A stretch of 64,000 nucleotides of DNA from Candidatus Marinacidobacterium sp. (GTDB lineage Bacteria; Acidobacteriota; Vicinamibacteria; Marinacidobacterales; Marinacidobacteraceae), in assembly GCA_965204755.1 (NCBI GenBank), contig OZ242011.1, positions 3,680,001 through 3,744,000 of the forward strand. The letters run 5' to 3'. This document shows, piece after piece, positions 9,409 through 18,247 of this stretch (position 1 is its first letter; each line of letters starts with the position of its first letter). The notes beneath the pieces are model-generated. The model saw only the letters and a program-made list of their open reading frames with translations. It did not search any database and had not been told where the DNA came from. The position numbers and the translations under genes were made by a program.

Positions 9409-10719
9409 TCAGCGAGATGGCTGGCCCATGCCGCGGTACTCGAATCCGTAGCCCCGCATCACCTTGGCGTCGAACAGGTTGTGGAGGTCGGCGATGAGGG
9501 GGCGTCGCATGCTCTGCCGAAGCCGCTCGGCGTCCAGCCGGGCGTACTGGTTCCAGGCGGTCCCGATCACGAGGAGGTCCGCGCCGTCGGCGGCGGCGTA
9601 CGGGTCGTCGAAACAGGAGACACCGGGAAGGGAAGGGGCCGTCCCGTTGACCGCCAGCGGATCGTGCGCGCGGACGGTGGCGCCGCGCTTCCGGAGTTCC
9701 TCGATCACGGCGATGGCCGGACTGTCGCCCAGTTCGCTGGTTCCGGGTTTGAACGCGAGCCCCAGGACGGTGACCGTCCGATCCCGGAGGCCGCCGTCGC
9801 AGGCGCTCTCCAGCGCATTCGCGATCCGCCGCGGGCGGGCCCGGTTGCTCTCCAGGGCGGCTTCGACCACCCGGGTCCGGGCGCCGGCCTCGCGCGCCGA
9901 GTGCACGAGCGCGGCGGCGTCCTTGGGAAGGCAGGGGCCGCCGAACCCCGCGCCCGGATGCAGGTGTTCGCTTCCGATCCGCGCGTCCAGTCCCATTCCC
10001 CGGACGACATCGCGCACATCGGCGCCTTCCCGCTCGCACAGGTCCGCGATCTCGTTGGCGAAGGCGACCTTGGTGGCGAGGAATGCATTGGAGGCGTGCT
10101 TGGCCAGTTCGGCGCTCTCCGGGCTGCAGAACACGAAGGAAACCCCCTTGAGGGCCAAGGGCCGGTAGAGCCGGCGAAGGGCATTCCTGGCCCGCTCCGA
10201 GTCCGCGCCGACGACGACGCGGTCCGGATCCAGGAAGTCGGCGACTCCTTCGCCGGCGCGCAGGAACTCCGGGTTCGCGACGACTTCGACGCGGGCCTGC
10301 GGACGGACCGCCTTGAGGTGTTCCCGGACCCGGCGCGCCGTACCGATCGGAACGGTGGACTTCACCACGAGGAGCGCGCCGCGGTCGAACCAGGGGGCGG
10401 CGCTCTCGATCGCGCTGAAGAGGCGCGACAGGTCCGCGCCGCGCTCCCGCTCCCCGGCCGGCGTGTTCACGCAGAAGAAGACGATCCGGGCGCCGGAAAC
10501 GACGGTCTCGGGGTCCGTGGAGAACGAGAGCCGCCGGCTCTCGATGCCGCGCAGGATGAGGTCGGGGAGACCCCTCTCGTCCACCGGGCATTCACCCGCG
10601 TTCAGCCGTTCCACCTTCTCCCGGTCTATGTCCAGCGAGCGGACCTCGAAGCCCCATTCGGCGAGACAGGCGCCGGCGGTGAGGCCGACCCGGCCGGAAC
10701 CGATGATCGCGACTCTCAC
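9409..10719 (-). CDS. ugd: UDP-glucose/GDP-mannose dehydrogenase
   Basis: Rossmann IIGSGRVG; KSTVPIGT; NPEFLR; AELAKHASNAFLATK; catalytic GFGGPCLPKD; GLAFKP. Confidence 0.9.
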   Translation of the reverse strand: MRVAIIGSGRVGLTAGACLAEWGFEVRSLDIDREKVERLNAGECPVDERGLPDLILRGIESRRLSFSTDPETVVSGARIVFFCVNTPAGERERGADLSRLFSAIESAAPWFDRGALLVVKSTVPIGTARRVREHLKAVRPQARVEVVANPEFLRAGEGVADFLDPDRVVVGADSERARNALRRLYRPLALKGVSFVFCSPESAELAKHASNAFLATKVAFANEIADLCEREGADVRDVVRGMGLDARIGSEHLHPGAGFGGPCLPKDAAALVHSAREAGARTRVVEAALESNRARPRRIANALESACDGGLRDRTVTVLGLAFKPGTSELGDSPAIAVIEELRKRGATVRAHDPLAVNGTAPSLPGVSCFDDPYAAADGADLLVIGTAWNQYARLDAERLRQSMRRPLIADLHNLFDAKVMRGYGFEYRGMGQPSR

Positions 10720-10848
10720 GCGGATTCCTCCCGCCGCGGATCGGCGTTCACCGGACGAAGGCCCGAGGTGGCGGTGGATCGGTTGCGACGGCCGGGACGC
10801 CCGCGATCACGGGAGCGATCTTCCGAATCTCCGGTGTGAGCGGGCTGT

Positions 10849-10880
<32 letters not shown>

Positions 10881-11274
10881 CGGAGCGCCCCCGGAAACCC
10901 GGCCCGGCCGGCCCGGCGTCGTTTCCGGACGCCTTCGAATCGGATTCGGTCAACGGCGTCGAGAGGAGACGGGGGCGGCGATGCAGGGAAACGAAGGTCA
11001 GTTCGCTCCGCCCCGAGCGAGGTGACCCGGAAAGCGGGGACGGCGTCCCGGATCGCTCTCCGGCGACCGTCGAACGCACCGAGCGGATGATATCAGCCGA
11101 GGCGCCGACCCCGGGAAGCCCCGCGCCGCCCGCCTCGACAGTCCGGTCGGCTCGGCGGGTTCCACTCGGCGGCCCGCGGGAGCGGGCGGCGGTCGGTTAC
11201 CGGGCCGGACCGGCGGGAGCCGGAGGGAGGACGGGTTCGTCCGGCAGGGAAGTACCGTACCGTCCGAGTGGGCG

Positions 11275-12729
11275 ATGGCCGCCGCCGGAGTGGACAGAAG
11301 GGAGGGGGCGGCCGACGGCATCGGGCTCGGCGAAGAACGCTCCGGCCCGGGAGCGGGGAGGCCGGCCGCCGGTGAACTCCGACCGCGGCCGGCGGCGGCC
11401 GCGCGGGCCGCCGGCAGCGGCGGGCGTGAAACGCTGGGTCTTCTCTCCACTTGGGGAGGCGTCCATGTCCTGCGGCTCGCCACCCAGAGCGTGCTCGCCT
11501 GGTCGCTGCTGCCGGCCGGCAGGGGGGAGTACGCGGTTGCGGTGCTCTTCGCGACGCTCGCCGGAGTCGTCTCGACCCTGAGCGTCGACCGGGGCGCGCA
11601 ATATTTCTCCATGGCCGGTCGGATCGGCCTCTCCCGGTGTCTCGGAGCCGGGTTCGTCGTCTGCCTGGTCGGGGGCGCGGCGGCCGCCGGCGGCGCGCTC
11701 GCCCTGATCGGCAGCGGGCTTTCCCTCTTCGATCGGGCCGAGCCGGCGGCGGTCCGCCTGGCGCTGCTGCTCGCGGTGCTCGTTCCGCTGGCGGCGGTGA
11801 CCGAACGGCAACTTGCCGGAATGAGGGAGTTCCGCGCGGTTTCCTTCCTGCTTCTCGCCCGTCCGGCGACCGTGCTCGCGACGATCCTCATCCTCATCGG
11901 AGGGTTGGGGTTGGGCGTTTCCGGCGCGGTCCTCGCGCTGGTGGCGGGGAACCTGGTGTTCGTCTGCGTCGGCGCGCTGGAACTCCGCCGCCGGGCCCGC
12001 GCCACATTCGCGCTGCCGTCCTCTCGCGAGTTGTCGCGGATCCTGGGGTACGGCCTCAGGTCGCACGCGGCCCGCATCGGAGAGGCGCTCACCCCGCGGC
12101 TCGGCGTGCTCGCGTTGGGCGCCTTGGCCGCCGACCCGGACGAGATCGGTTGGTTCGCCGTGGCGAGCGCCGTCATGATGCCGATCTCGCTGCTCGGGAC
12201 CACCGCGGCGACGGCGCTGATCCCGCGGGTGGTGGGGCGGGAGGTGAAACGCGCGGAGACGGTCGGCGTCTTGGTCCGGATCGTCTGCTTCGTGACTGCC
12301 GGCGCGGCGGCGGTCTTCTTCACGGTCGCCGAACCGGTCGTGGGGGTGCTGTTTTCGGAGGCGTTCCTTCCGGCGGTCCCGCTGATGTGGCTGATGGCGC
12401 CCGGAATCGTGGCGTACGCCGGCGTCGAGGTGTTCGGCGCCTGGTTCGCGGGAGTGGAGCGGCCGGAGGCGGCCTCGTGGGCGACCGGGGTAGGCATCGC
12501 CGTCCATGTCGCGGCTGTCGTCGTTCTGGTCCCGCCGTTCGGCGTGGCCGGCGTCGCCGCCGCGCTGAGTCTGGACTTCCTGGCCCGGCTGGCGTTCGTG
12601 GGGCTCCGTTTCCGCCGGACGGCGGACTTGCCCCTTCGCGCGGTGTGGACGCCGCGCCGGGGAGACGCGGCTTACCTCCGGTCGGTGCTCCGGTCGGCGC
12701 TCACGCGGCGCGGCGGCGCCGGCCCGTGA
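11275..12729 (+). CDS. Polysaccharide flippase (Wzx/MOP family); start uncertain
   Basis: About 12 hydrophobic segments; LLPAGRGEYA and EIGWFAVA motifs typical of Wzx; polysaccharide gene context. Confidence 0.75.
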   Translation: MAAAGVDRREGAADGIGLGEERSGPGAGRPAAGELRPRPAAAARAAGSGGRETLGLLSTWGGVHVLRLATQSVLAWSLLPAGRGEYAVAVLFATLAGVVSTLSVDRGAQYFSMAGRIGLSRCLGAGFVVCLVGGAAAAGGALALIGSGLSLFDRAEPAAVRLALLLAVLVPLAAVTERQLAGMREFRAVSFLLLARPATVLATILILIGGLGLGVSGAVLALVAGNLVFVCVGALELRRRARATFALPSSRELSRILGYGLRSHAARIGEALTPRLGVLALGALAADPDEIGWFAVASAVMMPISLLGTTAATALIPRVVGREVKRAETVGVLVRIVCFVTAGAAAVFFTVAEPVVGVLFSEAFLPAVPLMWLMAPGIVAYAGVEVFGAWFAGVERPEAASWATGVGIAVHVAAVVVLVPPFGVAGVAAALSLDFLARLAFVGLRFRRTADLPLRAVWTPRRGDAAYLRSVLRSALTRRGGAGP

Positions 12730-12839
12730 GCCGTTCTGCTCGGGCCGGCGCCGGTCGGACCCCCGGGATGGGCGTCGGACCTGCCGGGTCTGCGATTTCG
12801 TGGGCCGGCCGGCTCAAGCGCCCGGCTCAGGCGCCCCGC

Positions 12840-14297
12840 TCATGCACCCCGTTGGGCGGCGGCTGCTCCGTTTTCTTCCCGGTGGCGGGATTCGAGCCCC
12901 AGCACGGCGCCGGCGGCTGCCCACCAGAGCGCCGTCAAATGGAACGAGCCGATCAGGACGGAGCCCTCGAGGAACGAGGCCATTACGCCGAGACCCAGGA
13001 TGAGGACGAGAACGAGCGAGAGGTCGGCGCCCGCGGTCTGGCGCAGGCGCCACCAGCGGCCGAAGGCCGCCGCGAGGATGGTGAACACGATCGCCAGGAA
13101 GAGCAGCGGCGCGAGGAGCCCGGCGTAGAGCGCCCACCGGAGCCACAGGTTGTGTACTTCGACGGTGCGTCCCAGATAGCCGCTCATCAGGATCTGGCGC
13201 CAACCGTGGCCCGTCACCGGACGGCGGAGGATGGCGGCCACGGCCGCGCTGAAGTGCTCCATCCGCCGGGCGCTGACCACATTCAGCACGCTCCCGCCGC
13301 TTCCCCGTCCGGCTTCCTCCAGCGAACGGTTGTACTCCTGAAGGCGGGTCGCGCGCTGGCGGGCGGCCCGTCGTTCGCGGGGGTCGACCGGGTCCCCCGG
13401 CGCCGCTTCCGACGGTTCGTCGAGGTCGCTCACCTCGGCCATCATGCCGGCCGGCACCGGCAGACTCAGATGCCGGAAACAGGTGGCGTCGAGCGCCGTG
13501 ACCCCGACCAACAGACCCCCCCCGACCAGCAGGGCGGCGACGAGTCGGGAGGGGCGGGCGGCGATCACGGCGAAAGTCAAGACCGTGACTCCGGACATCA
13601 GGAGCCCGGCTCGTCCCGCGGAGACGAACTGGCTGCCGAGAATGAGCGCCGCGCCGGCTGCGGTGGCGGCCGTTGCCGTCCACTTCGGCCACTCGCGCGG
13701 CGGCGCCGCCCCGGCGAAGAGGATGGCCATCGGCAGGTAGATGGCGATGCCGATGGACCAGCCGGTGCTCTGCGCGCCGAAGCCCTCCTGCGCGTCCATC
13801 GCCCACAACCGGTCACAGGGAGCGCTCCAGTCGGGAATCGCGACCAGCGCCCGCACGAGGGCGATACCGCTCAGCCCGGCGACGACGAGCCCGGCCCGTT
13901 TGAGGACCGAACCGAGGTCCACCCCCCGGCGAGCGAGGTCGAAAAAGCACCAGAGGAACAGCGCGCTGGCGCCGATGTCCACCAGGAAGCCGACGACATC
14001 CGCCGCCGTCAGCGCCCTCACGAGTCCCGGGGCCGAAAGGAGGACCAGACCGACGAATCCCCACGGCCCGACCAGGCCGCGGGGGATGCGCAGCCGGCCC
14101 TCGGCGAGCGCCGGCAGGAGGACCAGCCCGACCGCGACCACCCAGGCCGCCATCTTGAGCGCCCCGAAGGGGGCGCGCCCGAGGCCCGGCAGCCAATAGG
14201 CGACCGCAAGACCGAGGTACAGGCTGAACAGCCAGGAGACGAAACGATCGAGTTCGGGGCCTCCCCGGGGCAGGACGCGTCGGAGGGCTTCGATCAT
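12840..14297 (-). CDS. O-antigen ligase / Wzy polymerase family membrane protein
   Basis: Multi-TM; SAGRAGLL; periplasmic loop; RRPVTGHGW and HNLWL (HN motif) typical of Wzy_C. Confidence 0.78.
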   Translation of the reverse strand: MIEALRRVLPRGGPELDRFVSWLFSLYLGLAVAYWLPGLGRAPFGALKMAAWVVAVGLVLLPALAEGRLRIPRGLVGPWGFVGLVLLSAPGLVRALTAADVVGFLVDIGASALFLWCFFDLARRGVDLGSVLKRAGLVVAGLSGIALVRALVAIPDWSAPCDRLWAMDAQEGFGAQSTGWSIGIAIYLPMAILFAGAAPPREWPKWTATAATAAGAALILGSQFVSAGRAGLLMSGVTVLTFAVIAARPSRLVAALLVGGGLLVGVTALDATCFRHLSLPVPAGMMAEVSDLDEPSEAAPGDPVDPRERRAARQRATRLQEYNRSLEEAGRGSGGSVLNVVSARRMEHFSAAVAAILRRPVTGHGWRQILMSGYLGRTVEVHNLWLRWALYAGLLAPLLFLAIVFTILAAAFGRWWRLRQTAGADLSLVLVLILGLGVMASFLEGSVLIGSFHLTALWWAAAGAVLGLESRHREENGAAAAQRGA

Positions 14298-14363
14298 CGG
14301 TTCACCGGCGCCGACGCTTGAGCCGCCGCCGCGGGCCCGCGGTCTGCCGCCGGATTACCCGGC

Positions 14364-14484
14364 TCGACACGGGATTCCCGACACCGCTCCCGACCCCGGT
14401 TGGGGGGGGGGGGGGGGGGGGGGGCGTAAGGACTCTCGACAGGACTTCCCGACAGGATTTCGGCTTCTCGACAGGGACTGTCGA
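14364..14484. repeat. Array of YCGAC(A) units ending in the palindrome TCGACAG-GGA-CTGTCGA
   Basis: CGAC starts at 14365, 14379, 14391, 14437, 14450 and 14469; perfect 7-bp inverted repeat at 14468-14484. Confidence 0.6.
14402..14424 (+). repeat. G23 homopolymer tract
   Basis: 23 consecutive G between the divergent O-antigen ligase-like and matrixin-like genes. Confidence 0.95.
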
Positions 14485-14895
14485 TTGCGCCGCCGGAGCC
14501 ACGGTCAGCGATATTCGAGGCGGGCGAGATGGAGTAATCGAAGTGGCGAGGCTCCCGGCGCTCCGGAGAGCCGGATGAGCGGCGGCAATGGTACTACTCC
14601 GCGAGGGCCCGTCGTGGCGGGCGGCCGGGGCGCCGAGTCCTCGACGACATCGCCCGACGGCAAGCGGCGCGCCGGACGGGGCCTCGCCGGTTCGCCGCTC
14701 TGGCGGAGGCCGGTACTCGTCCCGCGCGAAGTCGCGTCGGGTGGACGCCGGCGGATTCGCCGCCGTTGCTCGAACGGCGCTTGGCGGGCTGGGGGACATC
14801 CGGGAGGCGGCGAACGGAACCGGGCGTGGCGAGTCGCTCTCCGGGCCGCGGGGCCGGAGCGGCGCATTCCCCGCGTTTCCGGTAGAGTCAAGCCG

Positions 14896-16056
14896 ATGAA
14901 GCGGCGAGCATCCGGTCCCGCGGGCGGCAGGCCGATCGGGCCTTCCGTCGTCGAGGTCGGGCCGGCCGAAGGCCGGGTCCGGCGCCGGGCGGGGCGGCGC
15001 CGCCCCTCGTTCGCCGCTGCCGTCACCGGGTGCGGCCCGGTTGCCTTCGTCGTCGCCCTCGTTGTCGCCTTCGCTCCGGCCCCCGGCGGCGCTTACCGGT
15101 TCGGGTACCCCGGTTCCGCGGCGTGGAGCCCGGAGAACTCCATCCGCTGGAACGCTTCCGCCTGGCCCGTTCGATTTCGACTGCTGGAGAACGAGAACCT
15201 GGCGCGGCAGGAAGTGTTCGCCGACTCCACCGCCTGGCGGGAGTTCGTCACCGCGGCCTTGGACCAGTGGAACGCCGTTCCGACCTCGGAGGCGGTAGTC
15301 GAATTGGCAGATGAAGCGGCGGCGCAGGACGCTGCGGTGGACGAAGACGGGGTCAACACGATCGGGTTCTCCTCGGTGTTCGAGGACGAAGGCATCCTCG
15401 CCGCGGGATTCGCCTCCTGGGACTATGCGAACGAGGGAGAACTCCGGAGTTGCGATGTGGAGTTGAACCCCGAAGTCGCGCAGCGGGGCACGGCCGAGGA
15501 GCGGCTCGACCGGCTCACCGCGCTCGTCCTGCACGAGGTCGGACATTGCCTGGGGCTGCTCCATACGGTGGTCATGCCCATGCCCTACTACCGGACGCTG
15601 TCCGAAGTCGATCTGACCGGGTTCTACCCGGACCCGACGATGTCCTACGGAAGGGACGGGCCGTTCCTGATGCGGGACGACATGGTGGGCGTCTCGCTGC
15701 TCTACCCGGCGCCCGGGTTTCGCGCGGCGACGGCTTCCTTCTCCGGAACCGTGGTCTTCGACGACGGAACCGCGGCTCGGCACGCCTATGTCCAAGCCGT
15801 GGAGATCTCGGAAGAGGGCGCTCGCGCCGGCCCCGGGGCGTTCGCCGACGGAGAGGGTCGATTCCTCCTGGAGGGCGTGCGTCCGGGGTCGGTGATGCTC
15901 TGGGTGCATCCGATGCTCATTCTCGGCGCCCACCATTTTCCGGGTGAGTGGGCGCTCTCCTTCCAGGACCAGTGGCTTTGGGCCGACGCCCGGGCCGGCG
16001 CCACGGAGGAACTCCCGGAAATCCGCGTGTTCCGGGGGCGAGGCTCGGCGAGGTGA
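14896..16056 (+). CDS. Secreted matrixin-like (M10/metzincin) metalloprotease with C-terminal carboxypeptidase-regulatory-like domain
   Basis: HEVGHCLGLLH (HExxHxxGxxH) at 15532; Met-turn PTMSY; hydrophobic signal. ATG 14896 chosen because TAGAGT lies 7 nt upstream. Confidence 0.82.
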   Translation: MKRRASGPAGGRPIGPSVVEVGPAEGRVRRRAGRRRPSFAAAVTGCGPVAFVVALVVAFAPAPGGAYRFGYPGSAAWSPENSIRWNASAWPVRFRLLENENLARQEVFADSTAWREFVTAALDQWNAVPTSEAVVELADEAAAQDAAVDEDGVNTIGFSSVFEDEGILAAGFASWDYANEGELRSCDVELNPEVAQRGTAEERLDRLTALVLHEVGHCLGLLHTVVMPMPYYRTLSEVDLTGFYPDPTMSYGRDGPFLMRDDMVGVSLLYPAPGFRAATASFSGTVVFDDGTAARHAYVQAVEISEEGARAGPGAFADGEGRFLLEGVRPGSVMLWVHPMLILGAHHFPGEWALSFQDQWLWADARAGATEELPEIRVFRGRGSAR

Positions 16057-16523
16057 CTCCGTTTCGCGGGACGCGTGCGGGCGCCCTCCCGCTGCTCGGC
16101 CTCCTCGCTGCCTTGGCGGCCGCCTCCGGGGCGGCGGCGGCAGCGGAGCCGGCGGATGACGGCGCCCCGGCGGGCGGCGGGCAGGACGCCGCCTGCGACT
16201 TCCGGTTCGTGGCCCAGCCGACCCACGAGGGGTATCTCGACGAGCGGCGGAGGATGTCCCGGGTCCGGCTGACCCTCTGGTACGCGGACCCCGGAACCTC
16301 GGTGAGCCTCGTTCGGCCCTACTACGGCAGCGCCCACAGCGATGTGAACACCTTGCCCCGTCCGCTGGCCTTCCTCTCCGACTTTTCCTCGGCCCGATCG
16401 GGCGCGGAGGGGCGGCTGCAGCGGTTCTCCATCTCCTTCCTCGGGGAACTCGAACTCGCCATCCGCTCTCCGGGGTGCCTTCCCGTCCCGCTTCGTTGCG
16501 ACGAAACGACCTGTTCGGGATGA
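16053..16523 (+). CDS. Small exported Cys-containing hypothetical protein (partner 1)
   Basis: GTGA overlap with the upstream stop; signal peptide; C-terminal FLGELELAIRSPGCLPVPLRCDETTC. Confidence 0.65.
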   Translation: MTPFRGTRAGALPLLGLLAALAAASGAAAAAEPADDGAPAGGGQDAACDFRFVAQPTHEGYLDERRRMSRVRLTLWYADPGTSVSLVRPYYGSAHSDVNTLPRPLAFLSDFSSARSGAEGRLQRFSISFLGELELAIRSPGCLPVPLRCDETTCSG

Positions 16524-17581
16524 ACCGCGCTTTCGTCGCCGGACGGTCCGCGCGGCCGCTCGCCCGGGTGCTCGGGGGGGCGCTCGCCGGCTCGCTGCTC
16601 GCGGCGTCGGCGGGGAGTTATTCCTTCCGGGACTCGGACTACCGGGTCGTCGGGCCGGAATCGGCGCCGAAGTGGGGGCCGGAGGATCGGACGCTCCGCT
16701 TCCGGCTCCTCGAGAACGAGAGCGGCCGGGACTTCCCGGTCGGCGGCGGGACTTGGCAGGAGGCGGCCGCCTCCGCGATCGAGGCCTGGAACGCCGTGGA
16801 CACTTCGGGAATCCGGCTGCTCCTCGAAGACGCAGTGGTCGAGCGGGACTGGGGATCGGGCGGGGACGGCGTGAACACCATCGGGGTCTCCAGTTACCCG
16901 CCGCTCGCCGCGAGTTTCTGGCCGTACGCGATCAACTCGGCGAACATCGAGGACGGGGTCATCACCGGCTGTGACATCGAAGTGAACGCGGAGGCGCCGG
17001 CGGTGCTGAGCGAGGGCCGCCGGTTCTCGTTCTCCTGGCTGGAGGCCCAGATCCTCCACCAACTGGGACACTGCCTGGGGCTCGCGCACTCCGAGCCCTT
17101 CCCGGAGTCCGTCCGCAACCTCCCCGAAATCGAGGGGGAAGGCGACGGGCCGGTCTTCCAACCTGATCCCGTCATGTCCGAGGGCTACATCCGCACCCTC
17201 ACCGCGGACGACATCGCCGGGGTCTCGGCGCTCTACCCCGCCCCGGGCTTCGCCGCTTCGCGCGGCGCCGTACGGGGGGAACTCGCGTTCGAGTACGGCG
17301 GTCCGGCGGCCCACGCCTATGTCCAGACCCTGGTGGTGGAAGACGGCGAGGCGGCGCCCGGCCCCGGAGCGTTCACCGACGCCGAGGGCCGGTTCCTGGT
17401 CGAGGGGCTGCTTCCCGGGCCGGTGATGTTGGTCATCCATCCGATCTTGCTCCGTTTCTCCCACGAGTTCCGCTCCCGGAACTATGTGCTCGACCAGTGG
17501 CGTTTCGTCGAGGTCAGCGCCGGAGCGGTGAGCGAGAGCGAAGGGGCGCCGATCCGGGCGGGCGCGAGGTTCGCGCCGTGA
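16520..17581 (+). CDS. Matrixin-like paralog with catalytic Glu replaced by Gln
   Basis: ATGA overlap; HQLGHCLGLAH at 17057; shared segments with paralog 1 (RFRLLENE, DGVNTIG, LYPAPGF, HAYVQ, GPGAFxDxEGRFL). Confidence 0.82.
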   Translation: MNRAFVAGRSARPLARVLGGALAGSLLAASAGSYSFRDSDYRVVGPESAPKWGPEDRTLRFRLLENESGRDFPVGGGTWQEAAASAIEAWNAVDTSGIRLLLEDAVVERDWGSGGDGVNTIGVSSYPPLAASFWPYAINSANIEDGVITGCDIEVNAEAPAVLSEGRRFSFSWLEAQILHQLGHCLGLAHSEPFPESVRNLPEIEGEGDGPVFQPDPVMSEGYIRTLTADDIAGVSALYPAPGFAASRGAVRGELAFEYGGPAAHAYVQTLVVEDGEAAPGPGAFTDAEGRFLVEGLLPGPVMLVIHPILLRFSHEFRSRNYVLDQWRFVEVSAGAVSESEGAPIRAGARFAP

Positions 17582-18177
17582 CGCGCGGACTCCGCCCTCC
17601 GCCGGAGAGGGCGGACGGCCCGCCCGTCGCCGGCGGACGAGGGGCTTTCCTCGCTGCCGGACAGCCCGGTCGGAGCGGTCGGCGGCGCGGAGGGGGGCCG
17701 ATCCCTCCACTGCTGGGAGCGCTTTGTCTCGGCTGGCTCGCCGCGGGATGCGGCGGCGGCGATTCGTCCGCCCCGGTGACTCCTCGACCGGCGCCCGCTC
17801 CGCCGTCCCCGCCGCCGGAACCCGTTCCGCCCGCCCCGAACTGCGGGGGCATCGAGGTGGAGACGACGCACGAAGGCGTGCGCCGGGAGGAGTACGAGTC
17901 GCTCGGCGCCTCCTTGACCATCCGCGGGCCGAACCCGGAGACCGCCGTGGATGTGGCCTGGCCCTACCGCGACGGGGGGCGGTATCCGCCCCCGAGTTGG
18001 GCCTTCGTGGAGGCCTTCGAGTTCCGCCGCGTCGAGGCCGGGATCGAGCGGACGCTGAAGGTCGAGTGGATCGGCAGCCTCCAACTCGACATCCGGGCGC
18101 CGGACTGCCCGCCCCTGCGGGTGGAATGCGGCGCCGACGACTGCGTCGTCGATCCGGAGGAAGAGACCTCGCCGTAG
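17578..18177 (+). CDS. Small Cys-containing lipoprotein (partner 2)
   Basis: GTGA overlap; lipobox LAAGC; Pro-rich linker; C-terminal WIGSLQLDIRAPDCPPLRVECGADDC matching partner 1. Confidence 0.7.
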   Translation: MTRGLRPPPERADGPPVAGGRGAFLAAGQPGRSGRRRGGGPIPPLLGALCLGWLAAGCGGGDSSAPVTPRPAPAPPSPPPEPVPPAPNCGGIEVETTHEGVRREEYESLGASLTIRGPNPETAVDVAWPYRDGGRYPPPSWAFVEAFEFRRVEAGIERTLKVEWIGSLQLDIRAPDCPPLRVECGADDCVVDPEEETSP

Positions 18178-18247
18178 GTGAGGTCCCGACCGGTCGGGCG
18201 GCGCGCGCGTCCGCCCGGCGGCGGTTCGGCGGCCTCGCCAGCCGGGG

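Noticed and set aside
14364-14484. Possible CRISPR array
   Set aside because: Units are only 5-9 nt with 12-19 nt spacing and there are no cas genes.
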